Positions 14,504 to 28,050 of a stretch of 64,000 nt of DNA are shown piece after piece. How positions within the stretch are numbered: the first letter of the stretch is position 1; the number at the start of each line of letters is the position of its first letter. Below the pieces are notes generated by a model that was given only the letters and a program-made list of their open reading frames with translations, was not told the DNA's origin and did not search any database. This DNA is from Eledone cirrhosa (lineage: Eukaryota): contig OZ024746.1 in the NCBI GenBank assembly GCA_964016885.1, positions 76,012,001 to 76,076,000 of the forward strand, written 5' to 3'. Both the position numbers and the translations under genes were made by a program.

Positions 14504-14585
<82 letters not shown>

Positions 14586-14613
14586 ATATATACATATATA
14601 TACGTATATATAT

Positions 14614-14708
<95 letters not shown>

Positions 14709-15271
14709 GACAATGCATTGAGAGTGGACCTTGTCAAATCAGCCAAATTAGTGAAAGCAACGAATATATTTAGACCTTCTCTCAAGGAAGCAGATTCACG
14801 TAGAACGTTCGACTCGACTAAAGATTGTGAATAGATAGAAACAAAAAAGAACATAAATAATGGTTTCTGAGTTTGGTGCAAGGCTAGCAACATTGCGGGG
14901 ACGAGAAAGTCGATTAAATCAACCCCGATGCTTTACTAGTATTTTATTTTATCGACCCCATAAGGATGAAAGGCAAAGCTAACCTCTGCGAGATTCGAGC
15001 TTAGAACGTTAAGAAATAATACGATGCACTGATTATGTGTATCAACAAGAGGTAAAGCGAAAATGGCGACGAATTGGCAGTCATCAGGGTGTTGGATAGA
15101 AGGCTTCGTGGTATTCATTCTGATTCTTTGTGATCTGAGTTCAAATACCGCCGAGGTCATCTTTGCTTTTTATCATTTTCGGAGTTTATCAATAAAGTTC
15201 TAGCCATGCAAGGGTTGTTTTCTCCTCATCCCACTCTACCTGACTGTCTCTCTTATACACACACACGCGCG

Positions 15272-15384
<113 letters not shown>

Positions 15385-15546
15385 CTCTTACACATACACA
15401 CATTCTCTCTCTCTCTCTCTCTCTCCCTCTCTTCGAGCCAGCTATAGAATGGGACCAAGAAAAAAGCGTTTACATAGCGTCCCCTGCAATCCCCCATACA
15501 CATTCCCCCTCTCTCTCTCTATATATATATATTATATATAAATATG

Positions 15547-15625
<79 letters not shown>

Positions 15626-15750
15626 TCTGAGTTTTTCGAATATTAATAATAACATTCGATTCGTTTGCAATTATGCAAACAAGCCTCATTTTTAAAGCCA
15701 TGTCAATAGAATGTGCCCCTCATTCTTGCTCTTGCGTTGGCATGTAAACA

Positions 15751-15800
15751 GAACTGCGGACACTAATGTTTCTGGGTATCACCCTTCATCAGTACAGCTC
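15751..15800 (-). ncRNA. Hammerhead candidate, slightly decayed
   Basis: GAGCTGTA-CTGATGA-AGGG(TGATA)CCCA-GAAAC-ATTAGT-GTC-CGCAGTTC. Confidence 0.55.
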
Positions 15801-15804
15801 ACTG

Positions 15805-15849
<45 letters not shown>

Positions 15850-15900
15850 TAATAAAACAATGAATAAACAAAGAAACGGTTCCTTATATTAAAAAAAATT

Positions 15901-16037
15901 CATCATTTTACGATCGTTTCTAGGATATATATGTGTTAGAGTTGGTATGCATATTCTATAGATCTATGTACAATATTTATACAAACTATCAGAGGGAATA
16001 TACATACCTACACATATATATGCTGTCTTCAGAAATA

Positions 16038-16040
<3 letters not shown>
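15901..16040 (-). ncRNA. Minimal hammerhead candidate with long stem II insert
   Basis: CATTATTT-CTGAAGA-CAG...CTA-GAAAC-GATC-GTA-AAATGATG: 8-bp stem I, palindromic tetraloop. Confidence 0.65.
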
Positions 16041-16131
<91 letters not shown>

Positions 16132-16827
16132 TGTATATATATATATATATATATATCATTCTCTTGGAGCCAGCTATAGAATAGGACCAAGAAAAAAAGT
16201 TTACATGGCGTCCTCAGCAATGCTTTCACCACCATACTGTGGACTCGAAAAGAAAGATGTAAAACTTCTACTTAGTTACTTCTCTGTATTAATACATACA
16301 CGTAACATGAAATCTGATTAACAGTCATTTGATGGTTTTTCGGGGGAGGAGGGGGAGTGATCTATCTAGTATTTATTTACTGTTTTCTTTTGCTACTCGC
16401 TGACTATAATGCTAATAAGTGAAACGGTAACGAAAAAAAAAGAAAAAAAAAAAAACGTTTCATCTTTCCCTGTAATTGACTGGAGCATCTTCAGCACGAG
16501 AAAGAAACACATAGAAAATGTATATATTTCAAGGAACAAAAAGGAAAAAAAATAAAATAAAAATAAAATAAAATAAAATAAAATAAAATAAAATAAAATA
16601 AAATAAAATAAAATAAAATAAAATAAAATAAAAATAAAAATAAAATAAAATAAAATAAAATAAAATAAAATAAAAATAAAAATAAAAATAATGTACAAGA
16701 AAGAAATTGTAGTTTAGAAGCTATCATTTTAAGAAATAATACCAAAAATTACGAAGACTGCACACTTTGCAATTTTTTCTCTCGAGGCCAAATAGCTGAA
16801 ATTTAATCAGAAGCTACCATGTGAAGA

Positions 16828-16867
<40 letters not shown>

Positions 16868-17128
16868 TAATAATAATAATTGTTTAATGATAATTGGTTG
16901 AGTATTGGATGTTGCTACATACTCAAACGTTAGTAAAAAAAAATAACATTTAGATGTAGACATACAAATATACGTTGAATTATAATATATAGAACGATGC
17001 AATTACGAACTTTACATAACTACGACACAATTATCAACGTACTTACCAAAGATGAGAATGACTTGTCGCACTCATTTCTCAAAGGTAATGGAGATAGTCA
17101 ATTAACAACAACGTTCACTAACACCTTG

Positions 17129-17199
<71 letters not shown>

Positions 17200-17203
<4 letters not shown>

Positions 17204-17590
17204 AGACTTACTTTTCTATGTCACTCATCTTTAAAGAGATTTCGTGAAAAACAACGTTTTTGCCCTCGACATGCGAATCTTCTCTCAAAACTGCTCAGTT
17301 ATGGGCACCATTTATTCGTAATCTCTTGGATCGGTTGCTTCCTAACAGATAACATTATAACGGCTTGTGTTGACGGTGCTTTCTCTTATCCCACACTGTA
17401 GCAAATTTTGTGTGTACTTCGGTGTATACTCTTACCCTTTTCTTTCTTTACATTAATTATTTACCAGCCATCACGTCCAACAAAGCCCACTCTTACACAG
17501 ATGATATCACCTTTCATTCATCCATGACCTTTCTCAATCAATGTCAATCAATGTCAATATGCAGATTGGCAATGATTAATTCACCTATAG
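17200..17590 (+). pseudogene. Degenerate Jockey/CR1-group reverse transcriptase fragment
   Basis: HANLLSKLLSYG..ISWIGCFLTD..VDG and TLFFLYINYL..HSYTDDITF (decayed YADD). Confidence 0.7.
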
Positions 17591-17815
17591 GTTTTAGCCA
17601 CTGGCTCACAATCAGGGCCTATGAGAGGGGGTCTTGTCGGTACTTTGTTCCGGGGCCCAAGATCTAAGAAGGCCTCACAGCAACCATGCAACATCCATTT
17701 TGCTTCGGGCCCCAAAGGGGTCTTGTACCGCCTTGCAAAATTTCTCTTGGAGGCGCTGCTCTGTCGCTACAATCGTTACCATATGACCTGTGTACCTCTA
17801 AATTAAGGTATTTCA

Positions 17816-17958
<143 letters not shown>

Positions 17959-19624
17959 TCTTTATCTACTACCACCTCTATTGTGTATAACCGCCTATTA
18001 CCATCTCCATCGTCATCTTTACCACCACATCAACATCTCTTTCAAAATTACCAACATTGCGCTAGCAGCAACATATAAAGATATAATTACAAAAACAAAC
18101 AAACAAGTAAATAAATAGTTAATTAAATGTCAATTATGTTATTTTACGCTTTTGATACCAACTTGCCTGAAACAACTCTATGGTTACAAAACAGTTTATT
18201 TCAAAGTAGTTTTATATGTATATCTAAAAGCCTCCCATAATAATTTTGCGTAAGAATGTTTGGTAACCTATGATCCAAATACCAGATAAGTAATGAAAAA
18301 GTTAGTTACATTATCAAAATCCTTCCAAATTCTTAATTATTTTCAAAATCATATGAAAGCCATAAGCAGAGTCTTTCATTATAGATATGGTAACGAAAGA
18401 GTTAAAATGTTTATATTAATGTTAAAATTTTACATCATAATTGTATGTAATAACCTTTGTCAAGCTAGGACCCATACACCAGCTGAACAATGAAAAAGTT
18501 AGATGCATTTCTAAATGCCTCCAAATTCTTGATTATTTTCAAAACTATTTAAAAGCCATAGGCAGTGTCTTTCATTAAAAATATGGTGTACCAATGGGTT
18601 AAATTCGTTTTCTTTATCCGAAAACTAAGTACTACGTTGTTAATATAGTTAATATATAAAATCGAAACAGTAAAATAAATCTATTTTAAAAGCCGGGCTC
18701 ACGTAACATAGACAACAAGCACGGAAAAAATATCCTAGATTGCATAACACATAAGTATCTTAACTCCTTGCTGGAAAATGTTCTTTAAGAGTTTTGTCGA
18801 TTGCTAATGAGCACGGTTACTATAGCTGCCAGAAAAACGATAAATTGGTCTGTTATTAAATTTTCTCAATTTTATTCTGTTTTTCTTTAACCTACTTACC
18901 ATCACCCTTGGAAAAAAAAACTTGTGTTTCGGGTTTTGCTATTTACATCGATCGATCAGTCGTCTACAAAACCAGCAAGTTGGCGAGCAGGAGAAAGTCA
19001 ACAAAATCAAACTCAGTATTTGACTGGTACTATATTCTATCGACTGTGGAAGGAGGAAAAGAAATTACAAGTACAACTTATTTACGCTAGCTGAATTGAC
19101 TAAATCAGCCGCCAGATCGAGGAATGGAACTCACGAACCATCCTAGAACTCATGTGGCATGTTCATTCATCTGATTAATAAAAAAAAAATCCAAATCCAG
19201 TGTTTCTGAACAGCCGAACACCCTAACCGCTTAGCCACGCGTCTTCTTAAAGATCAACAAATAAAATGTTAGCAGATGCTCAATGCTTTAAACTTGACAG
19301 ATAATTTGCAGAGTCGTTAGGGCACCGAATAGAATGTATTGCAGTATTCACTCTGCCTCTTTGACCTCTGAGTTCAAATTCTGCCTTTCGTCATGTCGAA
19401 GTCGATAACTAAAGTATCGGCTCAGTATTTGGATCGATTCTTCTCCTGGTGGTGGACTAGTGGTTAAGGTATTGAACATGCAATCATATTGCCGACGACG
19501 TTTCGATTCCTGGACAGGAAAGTGCGTTATGAAGAAGACTACATATATTAAGTATTTATTCCTCTGCTTTTGCAGCCAAAAATGCGCCTGCACACACACA
19601 CACACGCACGCACGCACACGCACG

Positions 19625-19683
<59 letters not shown>

Positions 19684-19918
19684 TCACACATACACACGCA
19701 CGCACGCACACACGTACACACATACACACATACAAAAGCATATGTAATTTTATACGGTCTTCTTTTATTCTTTTATTGTTTTTAAATCATTAACCTGCCG
19801 CTCTCCTGGGGTCTCGTCTTGAAGGAATTTTGTCGACCACATCGAACTCAGTATCTTTTTTTCATATCTGGGCACACGCACACATAAACATAGGTAAACA
19901 CACAGACACACACAAATC

Positions 19919-19950
<32 letters not shown>

Positions 19951-20245
19951 CACACACACGTGAGCGTGCACACATATGTATTATGTTAAACAATGAAAGA
20001 ATGAGAAAAACAAAGTGAAGTATTAATTGATTCATTGTTTTACAATCGTTTCAGAGTGCAACGTATCGATGTGCAGATTATTCAATGGTAGTTATGTAAT
20101 TCCATACCATCAGCCTCCAACAGTAGATCTTTTCTGTAACCGTTTTTCAGAAACAATGGATTTTATTTTTATTACTCATATGAGTAAGCAGGTATCACGT
20201 GTTGTCAGATGGTTATATATCCTGCCTTGCCTTGGCAGAACACTG

Positions 20246-20367
<122 letters not shown>

Positions 20368-20495
20368 ATATGAAACGATCGTAAAAACAATGAACTAATT
20401 AACTAACTACCTGCCTCTGACTTCTGTCTTGTTTTCATTGTTCTATTCACAAACAAACGCACACACACACACACATACACACACAAACACACACA

Positions 20496-20566
<71 letters not shown>

Positions 20567-20983
20567 GTGTGTTTGTGTGTACGTCTTTGTGTCTGTGCGT
20601 GTGTTTGTGTGTGCATGTGAGTGTCTCTCGCTCTGTGCCTGTGTGTGTGTGTGTGTGCTTGTGTGCGTGTGTCTATGTGTATGTACATTTGAGTGTGTGT
20701 GTGCGTCTATGTGTGAGTGTATTTGTGTGTGTATGAGTGTGTCTGTGTGTGCCCGCGTGCGTGTGTATAAATACTCAATCACAATTTACTGTGAAACCAT
20801 AAAGTAACACATTTGATATTTAAATTAAATTTGATCTTTTAAGAACAGTTTCAAGTTTCGTCTTTTCTTCAGAATATTGGTCTGTTAGATTGAAGTGGAA
20901 AATAGATTGGACCCCGACCCCCTCCCCTCTCTTGCACCCCACCAACACACATGCACACACAAATACACACACACACATATATG

Positions 20984-21082
<99 letters not shown>

Positions 21083-21455
21083 ATATATCATCACCAAGAG
21101 TTGTATATATGTATATATATATATAAACATAAATTATCGAGATTCGCATTTCGGCCCACGAAATAACGAAAAACAATCTCCGAGATGTGTGGCAAGTGCT
21201 CAATGATTCAGATGAACCAGAGCTATAACAAACGTTAAAGGCCAAACACACTGAGACGATGGTTAAACAATCATTCGCATAGCCCCCCAAAAAACGATCA
21301 AGTAATTCGGGTATTGAAAATTTACCCGGACCCCTGGAAGGTTGGTAAAATCCAGTATATGGGTTTCTGCGGCTCCTAAATCAAGTACCGACCGCTTACA
21401 TAAATAATGTCAGGCTTCTGGTAAGATGATTGAACAAGGAAGCCACTTTCTCAAC

Positions 21456-21553
<98 letters not shown>

Positions 21554-21558
21554 ATATA

Positions 21559-21662
<104 letters not shown>

Positions 21663-21742
21663 GCATGCATACATATCTATACGCACATATATATATATGT
21701 GTGTGTGTATGTATGTATATATATATATATATAAATATATAT

Positions 21743-22309
21743 AAAGCGAAGAAATACCAATGAAGGCTGGAAGATCACTGAGGAAGGACTAATTTAATTC
21801 ATATGTAACCCATGTGCAACCACGCAGCACGCCATTTTTCATATATTTATATTTTTTCCTTCGCTGCGACCTGTCTGTTTCTTTCTTACTGCTTCCCCTT
21901 TCTCTGTATCTCTCACCTTCTTTTTACCCCCTCTGCCAGTCACTCTTTCCGCTGGCCTCTTCCTCACACTTTCACTCACTTACTCTCTGCTTCTCCCCCT
22001 CTCTCACTTCCTCGCGTTTGACCTGTGTGAAATCCTTTTCTCGCTCACATCTCACACAGGTCGGATGGTCTGTATCTCTCCTCGTCTATGATTTCACCGA
22101 ACTTAAGTTCACATATATCACGAACTTGTTTATCCTCTTCCTATCTTTCTGTTGCATTACCATCTATGTTTGTTTACATGTCTCGCTCGCTTCACCCTAT
22201 TTTACGTGTCCCAATAACTTTCTTTAGTTATTGCTCGCACCAACCAGAGGCTTTAAAGCGAAGAAATACCAATGAAGGCTGGAAGATCACAGATGAAGGA
22301 CTAATTTTA

Positions 22310-22312
<3 letters not shown>
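21743..22312 (+). mobile_element. TA-flanked element with ~58-bp terminal direct repeat
   Basis: AAAGCGAAGAAATACCAATGAAGGCTGGAAGATCAC at 21743 and ~22255. Relative at ~54240-54700. Confidence 0.6.
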
Positions 22313-22374
<62 letters not shown>

Positions 22375-22446
22375 ATGTGTGTGTGTGTGTGTGTCGGATG
22401 GTATGCCGGTTGAGCACTCTATGCTCTTACAGAGCAGAGTATGATA

Positions 22447-22633
22447 TAATTGTTTCTACATTTAGCACACGGCCAGCAATTTACCCAGTGCATTACTGGT
22501 ACTTTATTTTATCGACCCCGTAAGGATGAAAGGCAAAGTTAACCTCGACGGGATTTAAACCCAGACCGTAAAGGGACATAACTATGCGTCAAAGCATGGC
22601 GTCCGACCCTCTACCGATACTGCCAATCCACCA
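22447..22633 (-). mobile_element. SINE S1
   Basis: High similarity to 1154-1340. Confidence 0.9.
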
Positions 22634-22639
22634 TAATAT

Positions 22640-23166
22640 AAGACGAAAAATCAGTAATGCATCTGAACTCAATTTATTGTGTGTTACAATTGTTTCGCTC
22701 TGGATGAATGTATGCTAATGTTTATACGTTTATATGTTCTCCTTAATGTGTGGGTATAGCGGGAGCATATGCGTACGACTGTCAGTATCTATGTGGTTGT
22801 GTATGTATGTGTGTGTGTATGAGTGAGTGCGCGCGTGGATGTATGGACTACCAAACACAACAGTAATTCATTGAAGTGTAGCAGACGTGGGACAGCGGAA
22901 TAATACCTGTGGTCAGAATTTATGATGACGTAGGCAACCAGCCGCCAATCACTGGACGCGCGTAGAGGAGTGTTTGACAGTACTGGCCCACAGGGTGAGA
23001 TACCCCAGTGGAAGAATATCCTCCGAATTCATTAGACGTGTCCGTCGAACCTGCGTATCCAGAATTAGACAGATCCACACAATGATCGCGTCTCGAGCTG
23101 TCCGCCGGCGAAACAATTGTAACACACAATAAATTGAGTTCAGATGCATCACTGATTTTTCGTCTT
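22640..23166. mobile_element. Element with ~60-bp terminal inverted repeat carrying GAAAC-AATT-GTA (Penelope-like)
   Basis: 22640-22698 is the reverse complement of ~23108-23166. (TA)n lies on the right. Confidence 0.6.
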
Positions 23167-23175
23167 ATATTATAT

Positions 23176-23206
<31 letters not shown>

Positions 23207-24550
23207 GCATGCGTGTGTGTATGTATGTATATATATGTATGTATGCATGTATGTATGCATGTGTGTATGTATGTATGAATATATGTATGTATATGTATGT
23301 GTATGTTTGTTTGTACGCATGTGAGCAAGCTTGCACGCATAATACACTACAAACATTCTGAAAAATCGAATGAACGAATGACTGACTGAATGAAAGAATG
23401 AGAGAACGACTAATTGTTCAATGGATCAGTTAACATATTCAGTTCGCCAGACATCTCTTACGAAACTGTTGAAAGGAAGGAAGTGTTACTTAATGCCTCT
23501 ATTATTGATCCCCTCTTAAAAACATTTTCTTTTATATATTTTAGTTTCTGTTGGTTTTTAATTTCTTATTCTCTTTTTTTTTTATATCTTATTATATATT
23601 TTGTTTCAGAAATAACCATCATAGTTTTCTAAATTACATGACTTTTACATTGTGTTTGTGAAGACGTGTGGCCTAGCCCCTAGAATGGTGAAAGTTTGGG
23701 GCACATAATCGTATGGACGTGAAGTAAATTCACCGGCCTGCCGTCGCTTTGTGTCGTTGAGCAAGATACTTTTTATCACGTTGCTCCAGTTCACTCAACT
23801 GAAGAAAAAAAATGACATCCAACTTCTGAAAAGGGGGTCGAAGTCGGCGTCTCAAAGGACAGTCGCTATATTGTAAAGGTTGATCTTATCAAAAGCTTTA
23901 GATTAGTTTAGATCAATCATAGCTCCACTGAAGTCAGATTTCTTAACCGCTCTCTCTATTGCGTACAATTCTGCACCTTCTCAACCACACTATTAACGAC
24001 AATATTTTTACTAGCACAGTTGTGGGATTTGTTAATTCATATGTTTATACTAACTTTACCAATGGACAGATTGTTGTGAAAATTTGTGGTATTATAAGCA
24101 AAGACTTATAAGTCGATATAGTTACATTGTTTTTTTTTTGTACTTTTCAGGTATATCTTGCTAATGCTGTTTCATGTGGTACAGGGCGTTAAGAGTTAAT
24201 AATATCTCAATCAAGATAGAACTGATAAAATCCAATATAGAGAAATAAAAGAGAAAATTAGGAAACTGTACCAAACGGAAGAGATAGTCTAACTTTATGA
24301 GCCGTATTGATAGTAGAAATAGAATAATTGGTTTGTAGCAGTAATTTGATACTCCCCTCAATAGAGTTTCTTTCACACTGTCAAGCGGCCACCAAGAAGC
24401 TGACCTTTGGTGGATTCATAGATAAGTGTCCCGGAGGCAAAGGAAAAGATACTGATAAATAACCTACTCCTTGTCAACCCAGGCAGCTGCAGAGTTCATA
24501 CCGACTAGCCAAGATGTAGTGGCCAACTGTCACATACACCGACCCCTTTG

Positions 24551-24637
<87 letters not shown>

Positions 24638-26256
24638 CTTTCTCTTGGTTTCTCTCTCAACTAAGTAAGTGAAATTCTTCCCATCAACAGAACTTTGGTA
24701 AATATATTTTTAATAATACTTTTATATTTATCATACCTGACAGATAACACGACACAATTCAACTGTAGTTATTGATCTGCATGTATTGTCATATAACTTC
24801 GACGTAAGTTATATTTAATAAATTAGTAACATAGCGGCTTTGTGTTATTGTGGTTTATATATTTCATTTCCTATGTGATCAGAGTAAATCACTTACCCAA
24901 AAAATCATCACATCGTCATCATACTCACTTGCACACCCGCAGTCACTGGTCATTGGTCACACTGTATCAGACACATCAGTCTTCTTTCGCCTACACTCTA
25001 ACCAATAGTGACCATATCACTGAGTAATCCACAAGTGAATACACAACACAACAACCGAATCAACACCACCATCCATCCTAGTACCAGATTCGCTATAATT
25101 GGTAACAAGAACCACTATAGGTTTAGGTACACTAACCAATCTAGTCATAATCTACAGCTTCAATATCATAAATGGGAAGTTAAGTGAACTGAAGATCCTA
25201 GATGAGTAAAGAAGGAAACTAATTGCTGTATTCAAAATACCTTCCTAATGTTGATGTAAATAGGATATACAGACAGAAATCTGAGCTAACGAAGAAGTCT
25301 TTACAGTAGCTAGATTTGTTAGAAATAGCAGCCAAATCTCCCTCAAACCACACCTTAGAAAAGGACACTAAAGATAATGTAGGCTAGGGTACATTACTGC
25401 TGGAACAAAAGACGGGTTAGTTATGGCGCCAATACCCTTTGTTCAAGACAGAATTTATGCAGCGAGGGGGCTCTGGGCTAGGGAACATTTGAGGCTTTTG
25501 CCTTAAGAAAATGAAAATTAAAAGCAGATGAATGTAGGCATACACAAAGAACGATGCTGACATTCCAGCCTCGTTTTCATGTCGATCTTCAAAACAGAGA
25601 TGACACCCACAGTAAACGAAATGTATTTAATAACAACTACAATATTCTAAATGATGACAAAAATATCGTTTTTCATGTCTATAAAGTATTTTAATATATA
25701 TTTAAAACGGGACGGAATGTCCTGAACTATGAGGCTCTGGACTGCAGCCCACTTAGCCCATATGTCAGTTCGATACTGTCTTTGTTCATAGGCCTGTTCG
25801 ATTATGGCTGATCTGGGGTTAAACAACAACATCAGAGAATAAGAGGCCAGATTCAAATAGAGAATTATTACAGATACACCAGAATAATCATAGAAACGGG
25901 TGGTAAAGAGACCAAACGTTCACTTGATTAGTATAACAAGTGACTATAGAGAAAAACAAACGAACTATAAAAACCTTACTATGTAACATGTGACAAAGTA
26001 TAAACTAGGAAATAAATATAATTGGAGGAAAAGCAATAGATAAAAACGAATATGCAGAAAAAGTGTGACATGTATCTTCCAAAGGCTCAGCCAATTACAC
26101 GTTAATTTCATGAACAGGTTATTCCGTGGATCGAACACTTAGGACCATAATCGTCAGAAATGACCGAGGTCCAACAACATGTATGTATGTATGTATGTAT
26201 GTATGTATGTATGTATGTATGTATGTATGTATGTATGTATGTCTGTATGTGTATGT

Positions 26257-26863
26257 CAGGTCACCAGTTGGTGCTACTGGTAACATGTATCCCAGTACAA
26301 CCTGTCTCATGGTCGGGTCGTTGGCGACTAAACTGGCAACCCCACCAAGGTTTCTTGGTGAGGAGGGTGACTTTGGACATCCTGCAGGACTAAAAACAAA
26401 ACCTGTCAAAGGGCAAAGGAGCTCTTAAGAGTCAATGGCCATCCAAAATCACCGGGAGAGATGACCCCTTAGCCTTTGTCAAGGCAGAATTCTAGGAGAA
26501 GGAAAACTCTGATATAACACCTGCAACCCTGATGGTATCCAATGATGTTGACTTGTTCTTCTTTTTGGTAAATATCATCTTGGTTAAGAGAGTGGGATTG
26601 GCTTTGTGCAGTGCCTTTGCTCACTATAAAAGCTTCACGGCACAGGCATTGCTTTATATCTGGAGATCTCTCTGCACTTATCCTCACATGGTACCATGGG
26701 CCCAGCACTATGTGTCAATAATTGTCACAAGTGTAGTGTTTGTACCAGAGTTTTCATGTCGCTGGCTGGACTAAAAAGTCACACTCGTTCAGCGCTTCGG
26801 TAGGGGTTCTCCTACATGGATATAAAGTAGTGGCCGTACTCGAAAACGAGTTGGCAGCCACCA
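26257..26863 (+). mobile_element. 607-bp bipartite non-autonomous RTE-derived element, family A, copy 1
   Basis: Has the RTE-type 5' UTR motif CTAGGAGAAGGAAAACTCTGA, a coding remnant HKCSVCTRVF.SLAGLKSHTRS resembling RTE C-terminal zinc fingers, a CTCG-AAAA-CGAG 3' hairpin and a (TGTA)n tail. Near-identical copies occur elsewhere in the window. Confidence 0.85.
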
Positions 26864-27190
26864 TGTATGTATGTATGCATGCTGCATGTATGTATGTATG
26901 CATGTATGTATGCATGCTGCATGTATGTATGTATGTACGCATCTATGTATGTATGCATGTATGTATGCATGCTGCATGTATGTATGTACGCATGTATGTA
27001 TGTATGTATGTATGTATGTATGTATGTATGTATGTATGTATGTATGTATGTATGTATGCATGTATGTATGCATGCTGCATGTATGTATGTACGCATGTAT
27101 GTATGTATGTATGTATGTATGTATGTATGTATGTATGTATGTATGTATGTATGTATGTATGCATGTATGTATGTATGGATGGATGGATGT

Positions 27191-27663
27191 AGAAATACTT
27201 AGGCTGGTGTCTGAGTGCGCTGTAAACCCACTGCGAGTGAAAGACCTCTAATATTAAATAAGGATATCTCTCTCTGGGAGAGGGAAACGCTAAAGTAAAA
27301 CCTGCGTCTCAATAGTAACCGATGATGTTGATTTAGTCTTCTTTTCGCATTATAGCTGTTGTTGCTCACAGAGAGGGATTGATCCAGTGCAATCCCTTTC
27401 TTCACCATAAAAAGCATAACGCGCAGGCATTGCTCGATATCATGGGATCTTTGAATAATGTGAATAGTTGACTGTAGCCTTTAAAGTGACCTGATGATGA
27501 AAATGAACGCTCAAAATTTCGATATCGAGAGCGTTGCGTACCTGCCAACTCTGCAAAATACTGTAAGTCACTTGCAGGTTCTAAAAGTAATATCCGTTCG
27601 CAAACCCACAGGAGTCAAACTGATGTCGTTTGATAGCCATACCCGATCACGGGGTGGCTGCCA
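27191..27663 (+). mobile_element. Diverged bipartite RTE-derived element, family B
   Basis: Shares colinear blocks with family A (CTGGGAGAGGGAAAC..AAACCTGC; GATGATGTTGATTTAGTCTTCTTTT; TCACCATAAAAAGCATAACGCGCAGGCATTGCT). Also has a frameshifted TCQLC-KYCKSLAG finger remnant, a CCCG-ATCA-CGGG 3' hairpin and TATG flanks. Confidence 0.7.
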
Positions 27664-27676
27664 TTATGTATGTAAA

Positions 27677-27861
27677 GGCGGTGGATTGGCAGTATCGGTA
27701 GAAGGTCGGATGCCATGCTTTCCAGCATAGTTACGTCCCTTTACGATCTGAGTTCAAATCCCGCCGAGGTTGACTTTGCCTTTCATCCTTACGGGGTCGA
27801 TAAAATAAAGTACCAGTAATGCACTGGGTAATTGCTGGCCTTGTGCCAAAAAATAGAAACA
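27677..27861 (+). mobile_element. SINE S1 inserted in a TATG tail, 12-bp TSD
   Basis: TSD ATTATGTATGTA at 27663-27674 and 27862-27873. Confidence 0.9.
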
Positions 27862-27875
27862 ATTATGTATGTATG

Positions 27876-28044
27876 ACAACACCGGTCCAATGGAGAGCAC
27901 AACTCTCTTCTGTCACCTGTGTCGTAAACCATGCAGATCTACAGCTGGTCTACAAAGTCATCTACGAAGTCACGGATGCAGATGGCATGATAACGAAGAA
28001 TCAATAAGAGACGGCAAGCGTCTACGAAGACGCTGCAATCCTCA
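27876..28044 (+). mobile_element. RTE LINE 3' fragment
   Basis: Encodes FCHLCRKPCRSTAGLQSHLRSH, followed by a GCGTCT-ACGA-AGACGC hairpin and an ATGTATG tail. Preceded by TATG repeats. Confidence 0.75.
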
Positions 28045-28050
28045 TGTATG

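Noticed and set aside
24128-24160. Strong splice-acceptor-like tract (poly-T...TTTTCAG|G)
   Set aside because: No supportable exon or partner donor was found.
26336-26372. Twister ribozyme suggested by GAGGAGGGT
   Set aside because: The conserved P4/L4 segment (GGUCCCAAGCCC-like) is missing.
26119-26774. Recurrent 77-100-aa ORFs (MTGFVFSPAG..., MVSNDVDLFF..., MLGPWYH...) seen at four loci
   Set aside because: They recur only because the 607-bp element is repeated, and they lie in UTR-derived sequence or antisense.
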